Source: Candidatus Binatia bacterium (lineage in GTDB: Bacteria; Desulfobacterota; Binatia; UBA9968; CAXXLF01). From it: a stretch of 64,000 nt of DNA. Below are positions 34,504-45,178 of this stretch, piece by piece; positions within the stretch are counted from its first letter, which is position 1, and every line of letters starts with the position of its first letter. Position numbers and translations under genes: made by a program. The stretch lies in the NCBI GenBank assembly GCA_963664015.2, contig CAXXLF010000002.1:1152001-1216000 (forward strand), given 5' to 3'. The notes under the pieces were generated by a model, which saw only the letters and a list, made by a program, of their open reading frames with translations, was not told the origin of the DNA and made no database searches.

Positions 34504-35445
34504 TCAGGTGCCCTGTGTAAAGAGGGCGTCAACAAAACGGCCGGGATCGAATCGCTGCAAGTCGTCGACGGATTCCCCCACCCCGATGTATTCGAGCGGG
34601 ATCCGCAGCTCCTCATGGATACCCACAACCACGCCCCCTTTTGCCGTGCCGTCCAATTTTGTCAACACGATACCCGTCACCCCCAGGGATTCCTTAAAGG
34701 CTCTTGCCTGCTGGACCGCATTCTGACCCGTCGTGGCGTCCAGAACCAGCAGGGTTTCATGAGGGGCACCAGGAAGCTCCCTGTCAACGACACGCTGCAT
34801 CTTTTTCAGCTCCTCGACCAGGGGGGCCTTCGTATGGAGTCTCCCGGCGGTATCGATCAGGACTACATCGGCGTCTCGTTTTTGCGCGGCACGAATGGCG
34901 TCGAATGCTACTCCCGATGGATCCTGACCGTGTTGATGCTTGATCACTTCGGCCCCCACCCGGTTGCCCCAGATTTCCAACTGCTCAATGGCAGCTGCAC
35001 GAAAGGTATCCCCAGCGGCCAAGATGACCTTTCGCCCCTCCCGTCGGTGTTGCGCCGCCAGCTTACCAATAGTCGTTGTTTTTCCAACCCCATTCACCCC
35101 TACGAAAAGAACAACCCAGGGCCGAACTGAGTAACGCGGCCGCACCTCTTTGTCATTTCCTGAGTCGGTGAGGATCCCAACAATTTCCTCCCGTAAACAA
35201 GCGGTCAACCCTTCAGGATGGTCTTCCCACTGTCGCTTGGACCGCCGCTCGATAGCTTCAAGCAGTTTCTGCGTCGCTGCGACCCCCACATCGGCTGTGA
35301 TCAGTATCTCCTCCAAGCCCTCCATGACTTCTGTATTTGAAACCTTGCCTTGAAAGAGGGATCCCAGCTTTTGGGATAATCCCTTGCGGCTCTGCGCAAG
35401 TCCGCTTCTCAGTCGTTGGAAGAATCCCTGATTTTCTGCTGCCAT
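34504..35445 (-). CDS. ftsY: Signal recognition particle receptor FtsY
   Basis: GVNGVGKTTTIGKLA, DTFRAAA, DTAGR, TKLDGTAKGG. Confidence 0.96.
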   Translation of the reverse strand: MAAENQGFFQRLRSGLAQSRKGLSQKLGSLFQGKVSNTEVMEGLEEILITADVGVAATQKLLEAIERRSKRQWEDHPEGLTACLREEIVGILTDSGNDKEVRPRYSVRPWVVLFVGVNGVGKTTTIGKLAAQHRREGRKVILAAGDTFRAAAIEQLEIWGNRVGAEVIKHQHGQDPSGVAFDAIRAAQKRDADVVLIDTAGRLHTKAPLVEELKKMQRVVDRELPGAPHETLLVLDATTGQNAVQQARAFKESLGVTGIVLTKLDGTAKGGVVVGIHEELRIPLEYIGVGESVDDLQRFDPGRFVDALFTQGT

Positions 35446-35546
35446 TGTAATTCATTAATGAAGGCTTCGGATATTACGCCTACTAGAGGCCCCGTACACT
35501 CATGGTAAACTTCAGCTCCAAGACCGACAGAACCCAGAAATAATCA

Positions 35547-38500
35547 TCATCTCATCTCCACGGAGACGACTGTTGAAACCCCCGGATCTGACATTGTGAT
35601 CCCATAGAGAACACCCGCCGCCTGCATGGTCCGCTTGTTGTGCGTAATGAGAACAAATTGGGAAGTTTGGCTCATCTCCTCCAGCATCCCGTTGAATCGC
35701 TCCACGTTGGCGTCATCCAGCGGGGCATCGACCTCGTCGAGGAAACAGAAGGGACTCGGTTTGGTCAGAAAGATACCGAAGAGCAGGCTGATTGCAGTCA
35801 GCGCCTTTTCCCCTCCCGAGAGAAGGGTAATGGACTGGAGTTTCTTGCCCGGCGGTTGGACGATGATGTCGACACCGGTGGTCAAATAATCATTCTCATC
35901 AGTCAATACAAGCCGGGCCTTCCCTCCTTGAAACAGGCGTGTGAAAATCTCCTGGAACCTCTGATTAATCTCGTCGAAACTCTCTTTAAACCGCATCCGA
36001 CAGAAACGGTTGAGCTTGGAGATCGTCCGCTGCAGATCAGCCGTGGACCTTTCCAAGTCCTCTTTTTGCTTGCTCAAAAACTCGAAACGGTCGCTGAGGT
36101 CTTCAAATTCACCTATGGCCGTCAGATTCACCTCGCCCATTCGTTCCAGTCGTCCGCGCAGGTCTTCGATCTCCTCGGGAAGACCTGCCGAATCGACCCC
36201 CTCAGGATAGTCAGCTTGAGGACTCTCGGCAATTTCCACTCCGTATTTCCCCCGAATACCGTCGACGAGATGCTGCAAGTTGAGCTTTTTCTCCGATAAA
36301 AAGAGCTTTAGGCGGTTCTTTTCATCCTGAGAGGTCGCCACAGCGGACCGGACTTCCTTGATGGACTCTTCCATCTCCGCTAATCGACGGGAAAGCTCTC
36401 GATAGGCCTGCCGCTCTGTCTCCAATTTCTGCTCTAGTCCCTCCAGCCTTTTCCTTCCCTCATCAAGGGTACCCTCGGTCCCTATGGCTTCCTCTTCGAT
36501 TCGATCGCGTTTAAGCCCCATCTCGGTTACCTGCGCACGGACGGATTGAATTTGTCTCGATAGTTCGTCCTTCAGGTTGACCCGGTTTTCCATGTTGAGA
36601 TGGGCATTTTCTTTTTTCTCACCCAAGGCAGCCGTCCGAACTCGGGAGTCGGTGACCTGAGATTCGACCCGTCGCAGCTCCTCCGCCAAAAGGCCGAGAT
36701 TGCTTTCCTGGTCATCCACTCTCTTTTCTTCGTCGGTGCGCGACCGCTGCTGGGTCTCTAGCTTGGAACCGGATTCACGAATCTTCTCTACGTAGGATTG
36801 AAGGCTGATCGATAGCTCCTCTTTCTGCTGTCCTATCCTTTGGTGGGCTTGGGCTAAACGCTCCAATTCCTGTCTCGACTGGCGGAATTCATGCTCCGAT
36901 TGAATTCGGTCGAGGTCGAGCCGATGGCCTTCTTCAACGAGCGAAACCTTCTTATCCTCAGCGGCCCGTAAATCCTCCTTGAGCCCCTTGACCTCTTGCT
37001 CCTTTTCCTGGACCCCACCTTCCAGATCGGCGAGTTGTATCTCAAATTCCTTCATGCGACGCCTTTGGGTAAGAAAATTATCCTGGAGGTTATCCACGCT
37101 CCCTCCACTGATGACTCCCATGGGATCAATGACCTCGCCCTCCGGTGTCACCAAGGTATTCACAAACCCATTCCTACCCCAGAGGCCCAGTCCCGATTTC
37201 AGGTCCCGGACGACGACCACGTCCCCTAAAAGATACTCGGCAACCTCGCTATACCCCTTTTTTACCGAGACGAGTCCCAACAGGGTCGAGACAACCTCAG
37301 GCTCCGTCGCCGTGGCGAGCTGCCGCTCTCTGTGCGATAACCGTTGGGGAATAAATGTTCCGCGCCCGGCGGATTCCCGCTTGAGATAGTCAATTGCTTC
37401 GAGGCCATCCTCATGGCTCTGCACGATGATGTACTGCAAGCGCTCCCCCAGAACCGCGGTCAACGCCTTTTCCATGGGCTCCGGCGCCTCGATAATATCC
37501 GCCACGAGTCCGTGTACCCCTCCGAAGGCCTCTTCCTCCTGCCGTCTGAACATGATGGCGCGCACGCCTTCCTGATAGCCGTCGAAGTTTTTTTGCAAGG
37601 CCTCCAAAGAAGCGAGTTTGGACCGGGCCTCCTGCCACTGTTGCTTGCGGCCTTCAAATTCCCCCTCGCCGACTTCCCGAAGCTGAGCTAACTCCCTGAC
37701 CTTGTCCCCGGCTGTATCGATTTCCGCCTTGATACCACTTGCCCGGTTATCGTAGTTCCTGAGAGCCTCGTATTTTTCCTGCCGCTTCTGTTTCCAGTTC
37801 TCCACGGATTGGTCGATCTCGGCCTGCTCTTCGGCGCCGCGGTTCAACTCCCTCTCGATCTCACTCCGTCGCCTCTCGTCGGCAAGCTGATCGTTTTTTA
37901 GCTGTGCCCCAAGGTTCAACACCTCGATAAGCCGGGTTTTTTCCTGATCTAGCTCGGACTGTACCCTATCGATCTGGCCTCTCACGTGTGCTAACTCATC
38001 TTCCTTTTCCTGTAGATAGGATCCTTCGAACAGGGAAAGCTGGACAAACTCGTCCCCGGCTTTTTTCAACTGATCGATCTCCAGGGAAAACTTTTCCAGC
38101 TTGGCCTCAAGCTCCTGAATCTCGATCTTGGCCCTGGCTTCCGCCTCCAGGAGTTCCTTGTGATCTCTTTTCAAAAATTGACTTCTTTGTTCATCGCTGT
38201 TGATCTGAACCTTACACTGGTAGGCGGCCTCCTGAAGGGCACTCACTTGCCCCTCTCCCTCCAATAGGGCCCTTTTGGTTTCTTCCGTTTCGGCTTCTTG
38301 GGAGCGTAAAGAGACAATAGATTGGACCGACCGGTCTTCCACCTCCGTCAGTTCCTTACCGTACCGCGAGATCTCCTCGGCCAGGTCCTTCTGCTGGTGG
38401 TGCGCCCAGGTGAGCTCTTTTCCCTTCAGCTCCTCCCTGATGGATCGGTACCGTTCCGCACGCTTGGCCTGGAGTTCCACACTACGGATCTGCCGCTCGA

Positions 38501-39101
38501 TTTCCCGAACGATATCGATCAGCCTGAGAAGATTTTGATGAGTGCGATCGAGCTTCCGTTCCGCAGCCAACTTTCGGCTCATGTATTTGCTGATGCCAGC
38601 GGCTTCCTCGATCAACGTCCGACACTCTTCGGGCTTCGCGTTTATCATTTCCGACACGCGACCCTGCTCCATGATGGAATAGGCCTTGTTCCCCACGCCT
38701 GTTCCAAGGAATAGGTCGATAATATCTTTGAGGCGACACTGAACCTTATTAATCGAGTATTCGGATTCACCGGACCGGAACAACCGCCGCGTAACAGCAA
38801 TCTCGCTAAAGTTGCTGTACTCGCCCGGGCCCCGGCCGTCCTCGTTGTCGAAGATCAACGAAACTTCGGCCATCCCGGTCGCAGGGTGAGTTTCATTGCC
38901 GTTGAAGATGACATCTTCCATAAGATGGCCCCGGAGATGGCGCGCGCTTTGCTCGCCCATCACCCAGCGCAAGGCATCGACGACGTTCGACTTACCACAG
39001 CCGTTGGGACCGACAATAGCGGTAATTTCCGGAATGAATTGGATTACAGTCCGGTTCACGAAGGATTTAAAACCCTGCAATTCTAGACGGCTGAGACGCA
39101 T
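35547..39101 (-). CDS. smc: Chromosome partition protein SMC
   Basis: GPNGCGKSN Walker A, hinge (GRGTFIP), LSGGEKAL signature, LDEVDAPLD. Confidence 0.97.
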   Translation of the reverse strand: MRLSRLELQGFKSFVNRTVIQFIPEITAIVGPNGCGKSNVVDALRWVMGEQSARHLRGHLMEDVIFNGNETHPATGMAEVSLIFDNEDGRGPGEYSNFSEIAVTRRLFRSGESEYSINKVQCRLKDIIDLFLGTGVGNKAYSIMEQGRVSEMINAKPEECRTLIEEAAGISKYMSRKLAAERKLDRTHQNLLRLIDIVREIERQIRSVELQAKRAERYRSIREELKGKELTWAHHQQKDLAEEISRYGKELTEVEDRSVQSIVSLRSQEAETEETKRALLEGEGQVSALQEAAYQCKVQINSDEQRSQFLKRDHKELLEAEARAKIEIQELEAKLEKFSLEIDQLKKAGDEFVQLSLFEGSYLQEKEDELAHVRGQIDRVQSELDQEKTRLIEVLNLGAQLKNDQLADERRRSEIERELNRGAEEQAEIDQSVENWKQKRQEKYEALRNYDNRASGIKAEIDTAGDKVRELAQLREVGEGEFEGRKQQWQEARSKLASLEALQKNFDGYQEGVRAIMFRRQEEEAFGGVHGLVADIIEAPEPMEKALTAVLGERLQYIIVQSHEDGLEAIDYLKRESAGRGTFIPQRLSHRERQLATATEPEVVSTLLGLVSVKKGYSEVAEYLLGDVVVVRDLKSGLGLWGRNGFVNTLVTPEGEVIDPMGVISGGSVDNLQDNFLTQRRRMKEFEIQLADLEGGVQEKEQEVKGLKEDLRAAEDKKVSLVEEGHRLDLDRIQSEHEFRQSRQELERLAQAHQRIGQQKEELSISLQSYVEKIRESGSKLETQQRSRTDEEKRVDDQESNLGLLAEELRRVESQVTDSRVRTAALGEKKENAHLNMENRVNLKDELSRQIQSVRAQVTEMGLKRDRIEEEAIGTEGTLDEGRKRLEGLEQKLETERQAYRELSRRLAEMEESIKEVRSAVATSQDEKNRLKLFLSEKKLNLQHLVDGIRGKYGVEIAESPQADYPEGVDSAGLPEEIEDLRGRLERMGEVNLTAIGEFEDLSDRFEFLSKQKEDLERSTADLQRTISKLNRFCRMRFKESFDEINQRFQEIFTRLFQGGKARLVLTDENDYLTTGVDIIVQPPGKKLQSITLLSGGEKALTAISLLFGIFLTKPSPFCFLDEVDAPLDDANVERFNGMLEEMSQTSQFVLITHNKRTMQAAGVLYGITMSDPGVSTVVSVEMR

Positions 39102-39258
39102 CGGATTAGGTGTAGGGCCTCGAATGAGACATTCTGTTTTACGGAGTGAAAAGAGTCATTTTGACTATTTCACAAGCCAGGGGCGGGTGTCAAGAAAGAA
39201 TTACAAGATAGGGGGGGGTGTCACACTGGAACCACAATATATTGAATTTGCGGGACTG

Positions 39259-39891
39259 CTACTTCTCCAGGAGATCCGCATTCCAATAGGAGACTTCGAC
39301 CATATTTATAAAGGGTAGCCACTCCCGATATCGCGCCAGGCTGAAGGTCTGCTGCATAAAAGGGGTCCATTTGGGCTTAAAGGGCGGACGCAAGAGGGAC
39401 AGCTTGGCTTCCGCCGGAGTACGGCCCCCTTTTCGCCAGTTACAGTTTTGGCAAGAGCAGACCACATTCTCCCATGTGGATGTCCCGCCCCGCGAACGAG
39501 GTATCACGTGATCCAGGTTGAGTTCCTGCCGGGGAAATTTCTTACCACAGTACTGGCAAGTACAGTTGTCCCTCGCATAAATGTTAAAGCGACTGAAACG
39601 GACCTGCCGCCTAGGGATCCGATCATAGCTCACAAGTAGAATCACCCTTGGAACCCGTATGGCGTGGTTAATCAACCCGATAGATTCGTCATGAGCAGAT
39701 ACGGATAGGTCGTTCCAGCTTTCAAAATCAAAGGTTTGGTACTGTTCATTGACGGCCCGTGCAAGGCCCTGGTAGAGGAGAGCGAATGCCCGGCGCACCG
39801 ATGTGACATGAATGGGCAGGTAGGAACGATTCAACATCAATACCTTGGTATTGAGCAACGAGCTACCCTGGCCACTGTTCACAACCATCAT
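39259..39891 (-). CDS. HNH endonuclease (McrA-like)
   Basis: VLMLNRSYLP, RDNCTCQYCG, LDHVIPRSRGG, CQNCNWRKG. Confidence 0.9.
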   Translation of the reverse strand: MMVVNSGQGSSLLNTKVLMLNRSYLPIHVTSVRRAFALLYQGLARAVNEQYQTFDFESWNDLSVSAHDESIGLINHAIRVPRVILLVSYDRIPRRQVRFSRFNIYARDNCTCQYCGKKFPRQELNLDHVIPRSRGGTSTWENVVCSCQNCNWRKGGRTPAEAKLSLLRPPFKPKWTPFMQQTFSLARYREWLPFINMVEVSYWNADLLEK

Positions 39892-40132
39892 CAGAGCGTT
39901 CCTTTAAGCCATGATCTGGACATTGCGTCACGTGGGTTTGTCAGGATTCATAATGAAAATATCGGGTGCCCTTACCATTGTCAATACGGCCATCCCGGAC
40001 AACCTCTTGATATTCCCCCGGTTTTGGATTATTTTAAGAATGCGATTTTGGGTCTGGCTAAAAACCTGGCTGATAGATGTCCTCTAATTCTTCTTATCCA
40101 TCCGACCAATCCGGTCTGAGAACCCTCTGACG

Positions 40133-41641
40133 ATGAAAGAAATTTATATCAACTCCCTCCCTCAGGAAACCCGTATTGCCATCATAGAAGACGGCGCCCT
40201 TTCGGATATGATGATTGAAAGGAAGCGGGAAAAAGGGATTGTCGGCAATCTATACAAAGGTAAGGTGCTGCGAGTGCTTCCTGGAATTCAGGCCGCATTT
40301 GTCGACATCGGCATGGAAAAAGCCGGCTTTATCCATGTCTCCGATCTCTCCACCGGACCGGGCGATTTTTCCTCCCTGCTCCACGGCACGGACGATGAAA
40401 TCCTCTTTGAACGTACAAGCCGTCCCTCCCGTAGACGCCAGCCTATTGAACGTCAGATTGCTGTGGGGCAAGAAATTTTGGCCCAGGCGGCAAAGGAACC
40501 CCTTGGCACTAAAGGGGTTCGGCTCACCTGTCATATCTCGCTTCCCGGAAGACATCTCGTGTTCATGCCGAACATGAACCATCTCGGGGTCTCGCATCGG
40601 ATCGAGGACGAAAATGAGCGTAGGCGTCTCAGGGAAATCGTACAGTCTCTCGTGCACGAAGGGGGTGGATTTATCCTGAGAACCGCATGCGAGGGAAGAA
40701 GCAAACAGGAGATCCAGCGGGACTTTCAGTTTCTCACCAAACTATGGCAGCGCATTCAAAGCGACGCAGGATCGGCGTCGGCCCCCGCTTTAATCCACCA
40801 GGATCTGGACCTCATTACCCGGACCATCCGGGATTTCTTCAGCACCGAAACCCAGAAAGTCCTCGTGGATAACGTCAAGGAACACCGCCGGATCCTGGAA
40901 CTGGTGGGTCACTTCATGCCTCGTTTAAGACCACGAATCACCCTGTACACGGGGCCGGACCCCATCATGGATCAGTTCGGCATCGAGGAAAAAATCCAGA
41001 AGGCCTTGGAGCCCAAGATCTGGCTCAGCTCAGGAGGCCACCTTGTCATCGAGCGCACGGAAGCCCTCACCGCAATTGACGTCAACACGGGTAGGTACGT
41101 AGGCAAAAGAGATCAGGAAGAGACCATTCTGAAGACCAACATGGAGGCTGCCCGTGAAATTGTTAGGCAGCTACGCTTGAGAAATGTTGGGGGCATCATC
41201 ATCATCGACTTTATTGATATGGAAAAGGCCGCCAACAGGAAGAGGGTCTACGAGAACCTCAGAGAGGCAATTAAAAAGGATAAGGCCAGAATCAATATTC
41301 TACAGATCTCCGAACTGGGCCTGGTGGAAATGACCCGGCAAAGAACCCGTGAAAGCCTTGAAAACACCCTGTTGAGCCCATGCCCCCATTGCGAGGGGCG
41401 CGGTCGTATCAAGTCCGATGCAACCGTTGCCTACGAGATCCTTCGGGAGCTCAAGAAGTACCAGAGCCAGTTAACTAACGGCAAGCGGCTTATGGTACGG
41501 GTGAATCCGGGAATTGCCAACTTTCTATACGATGAGGCCAACGAGAGCCTCGACTATCTGGAGCGGGAGATCAACCACAAGATTATCATCAAGGCAACCA
41601 AGGGTTTGAACCATGGGGAGTACGAAATCTCCGTCAACTAG
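40133..41641 (+). CDS. rng: Ribonuclease G (Rne/Rng family)
   Basis: S1 domain GNLYKGKV..AAFVDIG, AIDVNTG, IIIDFIDM, CPHCEG. Confidence 0.93.
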   Translation: MKEIYINSLPQETRIAIIEDGALSDMMIERKREKGIVGNLYKGKVLRVLPGIQAAFVDIGMEKAGFIHVSDLSTGPGDFSSLLHGTDDEILFERTSRPSRRRQPIERQIAVGQEILAQAAKEPLGTKGVRLTCHISLPGRHLVFMPNMNHLGVSHRIEDENERRRLREIVQSLVHEGGGFILRTACEGRSKQEIQRDFQFLTKLWQRIQSDAGSASAPALIHQDLDLITRTIRDFFSTETQKVLVDNVKEHRRILELVGHFMPRLRPRITLYTGPDPIMDQFGIEEKIQKALEPKIWLSSGGHLVIERTEALTAIDVNTGRYVGKRDQEETILKTNMEAAREIVRQLRLRNVGGIIIIDFIDMEKAANRKRVYENLREAIKKDKARINILQISELGLVEMTRQRTRESLENTLLSPCPHCEGRGRIKSDATVAYEILRELKKYQSQLTNGKRLMVRVNPGIANFLYDEANESLDYLEREINHKIIIKATKGLNHGEYEISVN

Positions 41642-41653
41642 TCAACTCAACTT

Positions 41654-41729
41654 GCAGGCGACTGAAAAAGCCGTATATGCTTTGTTGCCCTCAATCCCCT
41701 CGCCCATAAGGTCTTTTTGAGCACCCCGC
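41654..41729. mobile_element. Degenerate MITE-like element related to 58336-58492
   Basis: GCAGGCGACTGAAAAAG...CTTTTTGAGCACCCCGC imperfect terminal inverted repeats. The internal ATATGCTTTGTTGC resembles the reverse complement of the 58k element. Confidence 0.5.
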
Positions 41730-41882
41730 AATTACAGATTTTCGGTAGCTTGCTACTCCCCTTTCGTGTTTTAATTCCCGCGACGTCCCGTTGCTAGCTA
41801 TTGATTATCCTTAATAGTTCTATTGATTCTTGCACCTGAGCGGCATAGAATGAATTAGCATTTCGTTAATAGGAGGACTCTC

Positions 41883-42599
41883 ATGGCACGACCTGAGGGA
41901 AAGGTTGATCCGTACAATTACGAGACATTCACTCGAACTCAAGGTGCTAGTAAATCGGCCGAGTTTAAGATCCGTCTCCGCGCTGGTGATGAGGCTCCTG
42001 ACTTCGAGCTAAGCACACTGGAATGGGGAAAGGTTCGTCTCTCTCAGTTCCGCGGCCAAAAACACGTCTTGCTGGAGTTTGGGAGCATTACCTGACCCCC
42101 CTTCGTGGGCGAGGTCTTGCCCCTCAACCAGCTTTACGAACGCTTTCGGGAACGTGGCTTCGAGTTCTTTACCGTGTATGTACGTGAACCCCACCCGGGA
42201 CAGAACTATGGGCCTCACGAGAGTTTGGAGCAAAAGCTCGAATATGCCCACGATTGCAAGACCCAGGACGGGATTCAAACCCCCATGCTTGTCGATGATC
42301 TGGACGGGACCATGCATCGCAATTACGGCACCATGCCCAACATGGTCTACCTTATCGATAAAGACGGGAATATCGCTTATAAGTCCATGTGGACGGACCA
42401 CAACGAGATCGAAAATGTCCTGGAGAACGTGGCCCATGCCGATGAGTTGAGGGCCCAGGGACTCCGTCTCAAGCCCTCCTACACCGAACGAATCAACTAC
42501 ATCCCCGCCGAATACTCGGGTGGCATCCGGGAAAAGGTCTTTGGACGCTCCGGGCAAAAGTCCTGGGACGATTACAAAAAGGCCTTCAACCCCAAGTGA
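41883..42599 (+). CDS. Deiodinase-like (AhpC/Prx-fold) selenoprotein, 238 aa, Sec at codon 71
   Basis: ORFs 41883-42095 and 42105-42599 are in frame across one TGA (42093-42095): GDEAPDFEL...VLLEFGSIT-U-PPF...VYVREPHP...LVDDLDG...YGTMPN. AGGAGG SD. Confidence 0.9.
42096..42125 (+). promoter_or_regulatory. Bacterial SECIS element (candidate)
   Basis: Hairpin GGGCGA-GGTC-TTGCCC (42107-42122). AGGTCT begins 17 nt after the UGA, resembling the E. coli fdhF SECIS apical loop. Confidence 0.75.
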
Positions 42600-43000
42600 T
42601 AACGAGTCGCTAGCGACTCGATTCATTGGAAGCCCGAATACCCTCTGATCTTTTCCGATCAGAGGGATCACACTCGGGGATAAGGCCTGATACCGCGAGA
42701 ATCCTGACGAAAGCAAATCTCCGCTCATTGCCCTGTCCCTCCACTATTTCCCCTATCACTTCGACCTCCCCGGCCAAATCCGGATACCTAAATAAGCAAC
42801 CGGAGAATATATCAAGGCAGAATCAATATCCTCGATTGGGGAGACCCTTGCCCAGGCTCCCCGAAGGGCAAGTTGATTAACTACGGGGACCATCCCATTG
42901 CAGCGAGCTGCGTCAGTTGACGAGGAGGGGCCTTTTATGAAAGAAGACGGCTTCGGTCACTGTTTGTCATCACAATGAAATGCCTTGGAGGATGAATCAA

Positions 43001-44147
43001 ATGACGGTTATGGCCTCGAGCAAATCCTTTTTGATTTCTAGTGAATCATGCTTGGTAACGATTGGGATTTTATCAACTGCCTGGCTACCCCTAGCCCTCG
43101 GTCAGGGTGAGCCAGGTTGGCAGCAGAAATGAAAGAGGGTAAAAAACGCGGCTAAATAAGGAAGGGGAAGTTGTGGTGTGGGGACCACCGGGCCCCAATG
43201 CTCGTGATTCATTGATCCGCGGTTTCCGAAAGTCCTACCCAGGCATCAAAATCGTATTTACTAGTGGTAGCGGCTCACAAGGTTCTTCCAAATTACTTAG
43301 GGAACGGAGGGCTAACCACTTCCTATTTGATATCCACATTGGGGGTATCACCACGATGCTGTCGACACTGCGGCCAACCGGCGCATTGGACCCCATCAAG
43401 CCTGCCCTCATATTGCCCGAGGTACTGGATTCCACCAAGTGGCTAAAGGGCCGGCTGGATTTTTCCGATGAGACAGGAAAGCACAACCTGGTTTTCACCA
43501 GCGCCGTAAAGATTCCTCTCGCGATCAATCCGAAGCTCGTCAAGCGTGAGGAGATTCATTCCTTTAAGGACCTGTTAGATCCCAAATGGGCGGGGAAAGT
43601 CGCCATGAGAGATCCAACCGGGCCGGGACCGGGCTTAGCGACGGTAACCCATTGGTATGCGCACCCAGCCTTGGGCAAGGAGTTTATCCGAGATCTTTTT
43701 GTTAAACAGAAATTGATTCTCTCGCGCAATGATCGTCAGCTGTGGGAATGGGTAACTCGAGGAAAGTATTCGATTGTCATTTCTCCAAGTGAGCTCGCGA
43801 CCAATGACCTCCAATCAAAGGGTGTACAAGTAGAATTGATTGGGGCGGACCAAATGAAGGAGGGGAGTTATCTCACGGCCGCCTTTGGGAGCGTTGGACT
43901 GGTTAACCGGGCACCTCATCCAAACGCCGCTAAGGTCTATCTCAATTGGCTTCTTTCGCGTGAGGCCCAGACCGCCTGGAGTCAAGCGAGCGGGTATTCC
44001 AGCAGGAGACTTGACGTACCGAGAGATAAACTTAATCCACTCTCGGTCCCTAAAAAAGGCCGTGTGTACCAAGACAATTACAGAGAACAATACGTGCGCA
44101 TGAGGGGCGAGATAAGAGCCCTCCTACGTAAGATTGTCAAAATGTAA
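43001..44147 (+). pseudogene. Extracellular solute-binding protein with disrupted 5' end
   Basis: Same family as 7259-8377. The signal region WQQK*KRVKNAAK has TGA at a Trp position (43130) plus a frameshift before KEGEVVVW. Confidence 0.75.
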
Positions 44148-44167
44148 AACCCGCACCCTCAGGGATC

Positions 44168-45028
44168 CTACAGCTTTTCCCCAATGGCCAGGACGGCAGG
44201 CATGGGAACCTCAAAGCCACGACCTGATCGATAAGTTGCTACGGTCTCTCGAATAGCGTTACCGATAACCTCCAACGCCTCCGGGAGCTGAGCCCGGAGT
44301 ATTCCTGACGTTCTTACCGTACCTCGTTGCATGGCGCTGAATAGGGCAACCGGCGACGATAACCGCCACGTTTGTGGGATCCGGACGACTTCAGGCCGTA
44401 CGAAGCCCGCCTCAAGCAAGGCACGAATGCATTCTTCCGGTTCGCTGAAGCGAAAGAAGGGGGGGCCGGGGGGAAGCGGAACATTGATGTTGCCATGCCG
44501 TTGGACAGCGTCTAGAACAATGCCGAAGCCCACGGCCTCCTCGGGTTTGCACCAAGCAGTGAAACCGAATCGGCCCGACGACCGCAGGACACGATGGGCC
44601 TCTGCTAAAGCCCGCTCAGGATGAGCCAGATGCAGGACGGCAAAGTTCATGTCCACCGCGTCGAAACTGCCATCAGTAAAGGGCAGCACTTCAGCATCGC
44701 CGACACAGAATCTGCCCGACGGGGTTCGAGTTTTGGCCATGTCCACCATGGCCGTCGAAAAATCCAGACCGACGGCACGGGCGCCACGCCGGGATGCGGC
44801 TGCAATTACGTATCCAGGGCCCGTGGCAACATCCAATAAGCGCACCTTTGGACCCACTAACACCGCGTCTAAGAGAGGACCGGTGGCCTGATCCGTGAGT
44901 TCACCAAAGGCCTCGTGGTAATCGCCAAAGACCGTCTGCCAACCGTTCAGTTCAAACGAGCGAAATGCGTTATCATCCACTGAACCCCTCCCGGTGCTAA
45001 TAGCCCAATGCAAATGTACAGACCTCAA
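44168..45028 (-). CDS. Class I SAM-dependent methyltransferase (UbiE-like)
   Basis: LLDVATGPG, GLDFS, GDAEVLPF..SFD, AHRVLR. The true start is probably near 44980. Confidence 0.85.
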   Translation of the reverse strand: MRSVHLHWAISTGRGSVDDNAFRSFELNGWQTVFGDYHEAFGELTDQATGPLLDAVLVGPKVRLLDVATGPGYVIAAASRRGARAVGLDFSTAMVDMAKTRTPSGRFCVGDAEVLPFTDGSFDAVDMNFAVLHLAHPERALAEAHRVLRSSGRFGFTAWCKPEEAVGFGIVLDAVQRHGNINVPLPPGPPFFRFSEPEECIRALLEAGFVRPEVVRIPQTWRLSSPVALFSAMQRGTVRTSGILRAQLPEALEVIGNAIRETVATYRSGRGFEVPMPAVLAIGEKL

Positions 45029-45178
45029 AGCCTATTTATCAAGAATGGAAGGGAAAAAGTATGGTTGGAGGGTGTCGGGGTAATGACCAACGGTCAGTGA
45101 AACAGGGGGTTCGGTCATTAAGACATCCGGGAGGAAACCGGTTGGAGTCTCAACTCGATTTATCCTTCATCGTTTGGA

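Noticed and set aside
35547-39891. HNH next to SMC as a Wadjet/Lamassu-type defence system
   Set aside because: SMC is the canonical hinge-containing housekeeping protein beside ftsY. The HNH is a common stand-alone type, and no jet or lmu partner genes are present.
42860-42960. AGTTGACGAGGAGGGG resembles the glmS ribozyme core
   Set aside because: The upstream AGCGCC and downstream TATCGA/CGGCGGATG elements are missing, and no glmS follows.
43130-43132. TGA in the SBP N-terminus (and at 49848) as Sec or UGA=Trp recoding
   Set aside because: These are Trp-position nonsense changes in genes that are otherwise damaged. No SECIS is evident, and TGA ends normal genes such as mltD and smc.
45079-45120. 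GGTAATGACC...GGTCATTA resembling IS1 termini
   Set aside because: Only about 40 bp with no transposase remnant. It cannot be told apart from an ordinary intergenic hairpin.
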